Assembly (NCBI RefSeq): GCF_001194135.2
Contig: NC_068983.1
Coordinates: 135,335,853 to 135,393,580 of the forward strand
From: Octopus bimaculoides
Lineage: Eukaryota
Length of the DNA stretch: 57,728 bases
Direction of reading: 5' to 3'
Notes under the pieces: generated by a model
The model's database searches: none
What the model saw: only the letters and a program-made list of their open reading frames with translations
Told to the model about the DNA's origin: nothing
In this document: piece by piece, positions 53,660 through 57,728 of the stretch
How positions within the stretch are numbered: position 1 is the first letter of the stretch
Layout: each line of letters starts with the position of its first letter
Program-made: the position numbers and the translations under genes

Positions 53660-54184
53660 TATCTTAATTAGATTTCCTAAGAAGTTAATTGATGCGGCGA
53701 TATTTGAGATTAAACAGATATTAAAATCTTCAGTGTTTAATAAGTTAACCAAATGGTAGCATAAATAAATATATCAATAGTGAAAAAGACGGGTAGCATA
53801 AACAAATATATTAATAGTGAAAAATGAAGGGATATTCACAGACAATCAAGAGACATTATCCTTCTTTTTGTCTTTCTCTCCTTAAAAGGGACTTATTTTC
53901 GGTAGTTTCCGAGAACTGGTATTAAAATTAATAGAAACTATGGTAAAGGACAATCAGTCGTTCAAAAACACACAAAATCTTTAACTTCGTTTAACATATA
54001 TTATTTAGAGTAAAAAATTTTGTCCCGCCAACTGTGACTGGGTTATTTACCCGCTTCCACTGACTATAATACTCTAATGAAATATTTCAGCTGAGAGGAA
54101 TTAAAGGGACGTAATTACCCAATAGTCTTTTTTTTTTTTTTTTTTAACACGAATATTGATGTTCATAATACAAAGAAGCTAATT

Positions 54185-54770
54185 CTGTTGGAACTTGCCG
54201 TGACCTACAAGATGGCAGGAGGCGCAAGAGAGACAGCTAAATATCAAGAGCTAGTGGAGAACGAGGTGTTTGCCAGTCGAGAGTTCGCAAATCGTATACT
54301 GGGCATTATTGTTGGCACTCCGTCGATTACGACGTCGAGGGTTCCAGTTGACCCGATCAACGGAACAGCCTGCTCGTGAAATTAACGTGCAAGTGGCTGA
54401 GCACTCCACAGACACGTGTACCCTTAACGTAGTTCTCGGGGATATTCAGCGTGACACTGTGACAAGGCTGACCCTTTGAATTACAGGCACAACAGAAACA
54501 GGAAGTAAGAATGAGTGAAAGTTGTGGTGAAAGAGTACAGCAGGGTTCGCCACCATCCCCTGCCGGAGCCTCGTGGAGCTTTAGGTGTTTTCGCTCAATA
54601 AACACTCACAACGCCCGGTCTGGGAATCGAAACCGCGAGTCCGCTGCCCTTTGCGTTTCCACACTGGGCATTATAGAAACGAGCTAAAGATCTATCGAAA
54701 ACACCGTAGAGGCTGCTGAGAAAGCATCTAAATCTTTCAGGCTGAAAAGAGGTGATCGGTGAGGCCAGTA
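54185..54770 (+). mobile_element. HERO/R2-like non-LTR restriction-like endonuclease remnant split by a SINE
   Basis: LELAV....A.E.AKYQELV...LGII before the SINE and IENTVEAAEKASKSFRLKR after it. Confidence 0.4.
54317..54670 (-). mobile_element. tRNA-derived SINE, same family as 22023-22397
   Basis: High identity to the 22 kb copy (gtcgagggttccagttga.ccgatcaacggaacagcctgctcgtg...). Confidence 0.8.
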
Positions 54771-56246
54771 GAACACCACTTGGAGAAGCCAATGGTTCAT
54801 CAACCTAGGTCAAGTCACCCTGGATGAAGGATACTGTTAGGTCCAAAATACCCAGTGACTTCGACGATGAACTCAAGCATTTCATTTGTAGATGCAGAGC
54901 AGTAATAGCAGTGAATATTTTTTCATCTATTAATTTTATGTACGATTCCAGTGCTATAAAAGTGTCACTGGGAATTTGGTAAATTGTCGCTTAGTAGACT
55001 CCAAATATAAAAAAAATTTGGGGGGAAAGTGTTTTAGGAGGGGGTGGGATGGGGAATTTCGGAAAATTCATCGGCGTCCACTTCAATTTGTCTTAACTTT
55101 CAAGAAAATAAATACTTTTTAATGAAATTTTGGAAAGACTCCCACCTCCCTCATTTTCTCCCAAATTTGTTTAATTTTGTAATTTTTTTTTGCCAAAATC
55201 CCCGTTTTCGGATACGGAGGTTCCGGAAAATTNNNNNNNNNNNNNNNNNNNNNNNNNNNNNNNNNNNNNNNNNNNNNNNNNNNNNNNNNNNNNNNNNNNN
55301 NNNNNNNNNNNNNNNNNNNNNNNNNNNNNNNNNNNNNNNNNNNNNNNNNNNNNNNNNNNNNNNNNNNNNNNNNNNNNNNNNNNNNNNNNNNNNNNNNNNN
55401 NNNNNNNNNNNNNNNNNNNNNNNNNNNNNNNNNNNNNNNNNNNNNNNNNNNNNNNNNNNNNNNNNNNNNNNNNNNNNNNNNNNNNNNNNNNNNNNNNNNN
55501 NNNNNNNNNNNNNNNNNNNNNNNNNNNNNNNNNNNNNNNNNNNNNNNNNNNNNNNNNNNNNNNNNNNNNNNNNNNNNNNNNNNNNNNNNNNNNNNNNNNN
55601 NNNNNNNNNNNNNNNNNNNNNNNNNNNNNNNNNNNNNNNNNNNNNNNNNNNNNNNNNNNNNNNNNNNNNNNNNNNNNNNNNNNNNNNNNNNNNNNNNNNN
55701 NNNNNNNNNNNNNNNNNNNNNNNNNNNNNNNNNNNNNNNNNNNNNNNNNNNNNNNNNNNNNNNNNNNNNNNAAATATACTTCGGACTATGTAGATTCCGA
55801 GAACATAGAAATTTTGGGGGGAAAACAATTGGGGGTTACTTTTGAGGACCGTTCCCTACCCGGGGGTGTTTCGGAACAATTCGTCCATATTTGTTTCATT
55901 TTCTCCGTTTTGTAAGTTTGTGCATCCGTAGATTTCTACTGAAGCAGCAGGCAATGAAGCTGTCACCAGAAAACTCGTTATGCTAAATATACCAGCTAAA
56001 GGTCTAAACGTTTCTCACAGAAAGACATTGAATAGAATAATTCCCCGTTTGAACTTTTCTAATTACATATATATGTGTGTGAGGACACTGAGAATAAGCA
56101 TGCCATCCCTTTGTGCTTTTTTTTCCCGCTCCGTTTTGACAGGAATTTTTCTGATTTTATTTTTCGGTCCGGATGGGAATAAAAAGGAAAAGGGAGGGAG
56201 GTGAGATTCTCAGTGTCCTCACGCACACACACATATATATATATAA

Positions 56247-57472
56247 CTAGCAGAGGCACTCGGCGTTGCCCGGGAATGAAATTGTTGCTTATATACTGGA
56301 AGAAAAAAAGCAAAATATGCCGTATAGAAATTTGAGGACATTCTGTAGATGGACTCTCAGATGAATGATGGCTGGGCGCCACTCATGAATGTGAAAATTG
56401 AAGATGCACCAAAACCGGGTTAAAGAAAATAGGGTTAACCCTGACCCTAACCCTTCCATTTAGGATTGCATGTGAAGGTTATGAAGAGGTCTGGTCTGCC
56501 ATAGTGTCTAACATATGTCATGGCATCTTGTGTGCGCTCATGCATGTATCTTGGGCTTCCTGTGAATGATCAGCTGGCCCATGTTGTTGACATCATGATC
56601 ATTCAGCACTGCATCTTGCAGGTGTGCATATGATTCCACTCTCAGTTTCTTCTGGTTCAGTCTCAAGAAGAGTAATCTTTCACTTCCAATTTTTGCATAC
56701 ATGTCAACAATGAACTGACTGAACAGATCTCTATAATGTAGAATGTGGTTTGAATCTTGACTCCTGACCATGATGTGGAATGCATAGAAGTCACTGGATG
56801 AGTTTGTCTGTCTCATGTCAATGTGGTAAGTATCTTGTCCATAACAGAACAGTAATGGATATTGTAGTGCATCATAGAATCTGTGTGTTTCTGAAATNNN
56901 NNNNNNNGGATCTTGAAAGTTTGCATGAATCCTGGCTCAGTTATATCTTTTGTGGCCCCAAATGATGTCATCTGTAGAGCAGCATTGTACTGTCTAATTT
57001 CGTTTTGAAAGTGCTTGGAATCTTGATCAGTTGATGATAACAGTTTCTTCAATAGCTCTGGAGGTTGGGGGACTGCAGGGAGTTTAACCTTTCCACCACT
57101 GCAGCACAGTGCAAGTGTCTCTCCAGGCCACTTCCTTGCTTTACAATGAATGCACTCAGTTGTCATTGCACCAATGGAAACTCTAGTATCATCCGACTAA
57201 TGAACTGCTGGATCATAATTGAAAGCTGCTTCATAGAAGTTGCTTCTCTGAGCTTTTGCAACTGCTCTTCGTTCTGCATTGGAGATCTTATTCCTTGTCA
57301 GTCGTGCATACCTCTGTTCATCACTTTCAGATGCTCTGGCTTTTGTAGTGCACAGTCTGTTCTTTTCTTGGTGTGCTTCCCTTTCTGCAGCTGTCTCTCT
57401 TTTTCTGGACAGAGACGTTCTTTTGGCTGACCTTGATTTTATAGACAAATTTGACATTTTCCTTCTAGGCAT
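56247..57472 (-). mobile_element. Helitron, internally deleted and degraded (RepHel N-terminal part only)
   Basis: Fragments MPRRK...RETAAEREAHQEKNRL...ESDEQRYARL...AAFNYDP; C..CKARKWPGE...CCSGGKVKLP...PPELLKKLL...F...IRQYNAALQMTSFGA; LFSQFIVDMYAKI.SERLLFLRLNQKKLRVESY..L.DA. 3' end is a GC hairpin (cccgggcaacgccgagtg) followed by CTAG|T at 56247-56250. HUH Rep motifs and helicase are absent. Confidence 0.9.
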
Positions 57473-57728
57473 GGTTATATACGTATACAGAAATACACGA
57501 GTGCAGAAGATAGTAAACAATGAAAATAACTTGGTAACGGAAATTATGTTTCTTAATACGACAGGCAGAAAGTCAATAAGAATTTTTAACGAAAAATAAA
57601 GTATTGTACAGGTTGAAGCGAAATTTGTCACTCAGTGAACCAAAGAGCCAGTATCGAAGGTACCAGAAGAAAAAAAAGAAACCTCAGCAACAGGAAAACA
57701 CAAAACCGTACTTCTGTTAGTAAATTAC

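Noticed and set aside
1-57728. CRISPR arrays, operons or other prokaryotic systems
   Set aside because: Sequence is eukaryotic, with spliceosomal introns and SINEs; no regularly spaced repeat-spacer array was seen.

Overview
AT-rich, microsatellite- and SINE-dense animal DNA with several N gaps. The SINE, RTE, Helitron and Tc1 landscape suggests an octopus-like coleoid cephalopod (inference). The raw ORF track hides three spliced minus-strand genes, which I rebuilt by hand from GT/AG sites and intron phases. (1,2) A tandem pair of 4-exon paralogues (A: 39533->32388, 641 aa; B: 53659->44695, 628 aa) encoding an N-terminal array of 23-aa STPR-type repeats, a linker, a BTB/POZ domain split by an intron, and a long S/N/D/T-rich tail without zinc fingers or Kelch repeats. 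An internally deleted Helitron with similar ET..ER N-terminal repeats lies just upstream on the same strand (56247-57472), suggesting a transposon-related DNA-binding module joined to BTB. (3) A 9-exon, ~192-aa gene (25263->10806) with a ubiquitin-like domain resembling the PDE9A N-terminus plus a helical/coiled-coil region, whose last exon is duplicated (10640-10966 and 8559-8905). The rest is TE debris (Tc1, Tigger/pogo, mariner, RTE, HERO-like, SINEs, fold-backs) and several long hairpins. All homology calls are from recalled motifs, not database searches.
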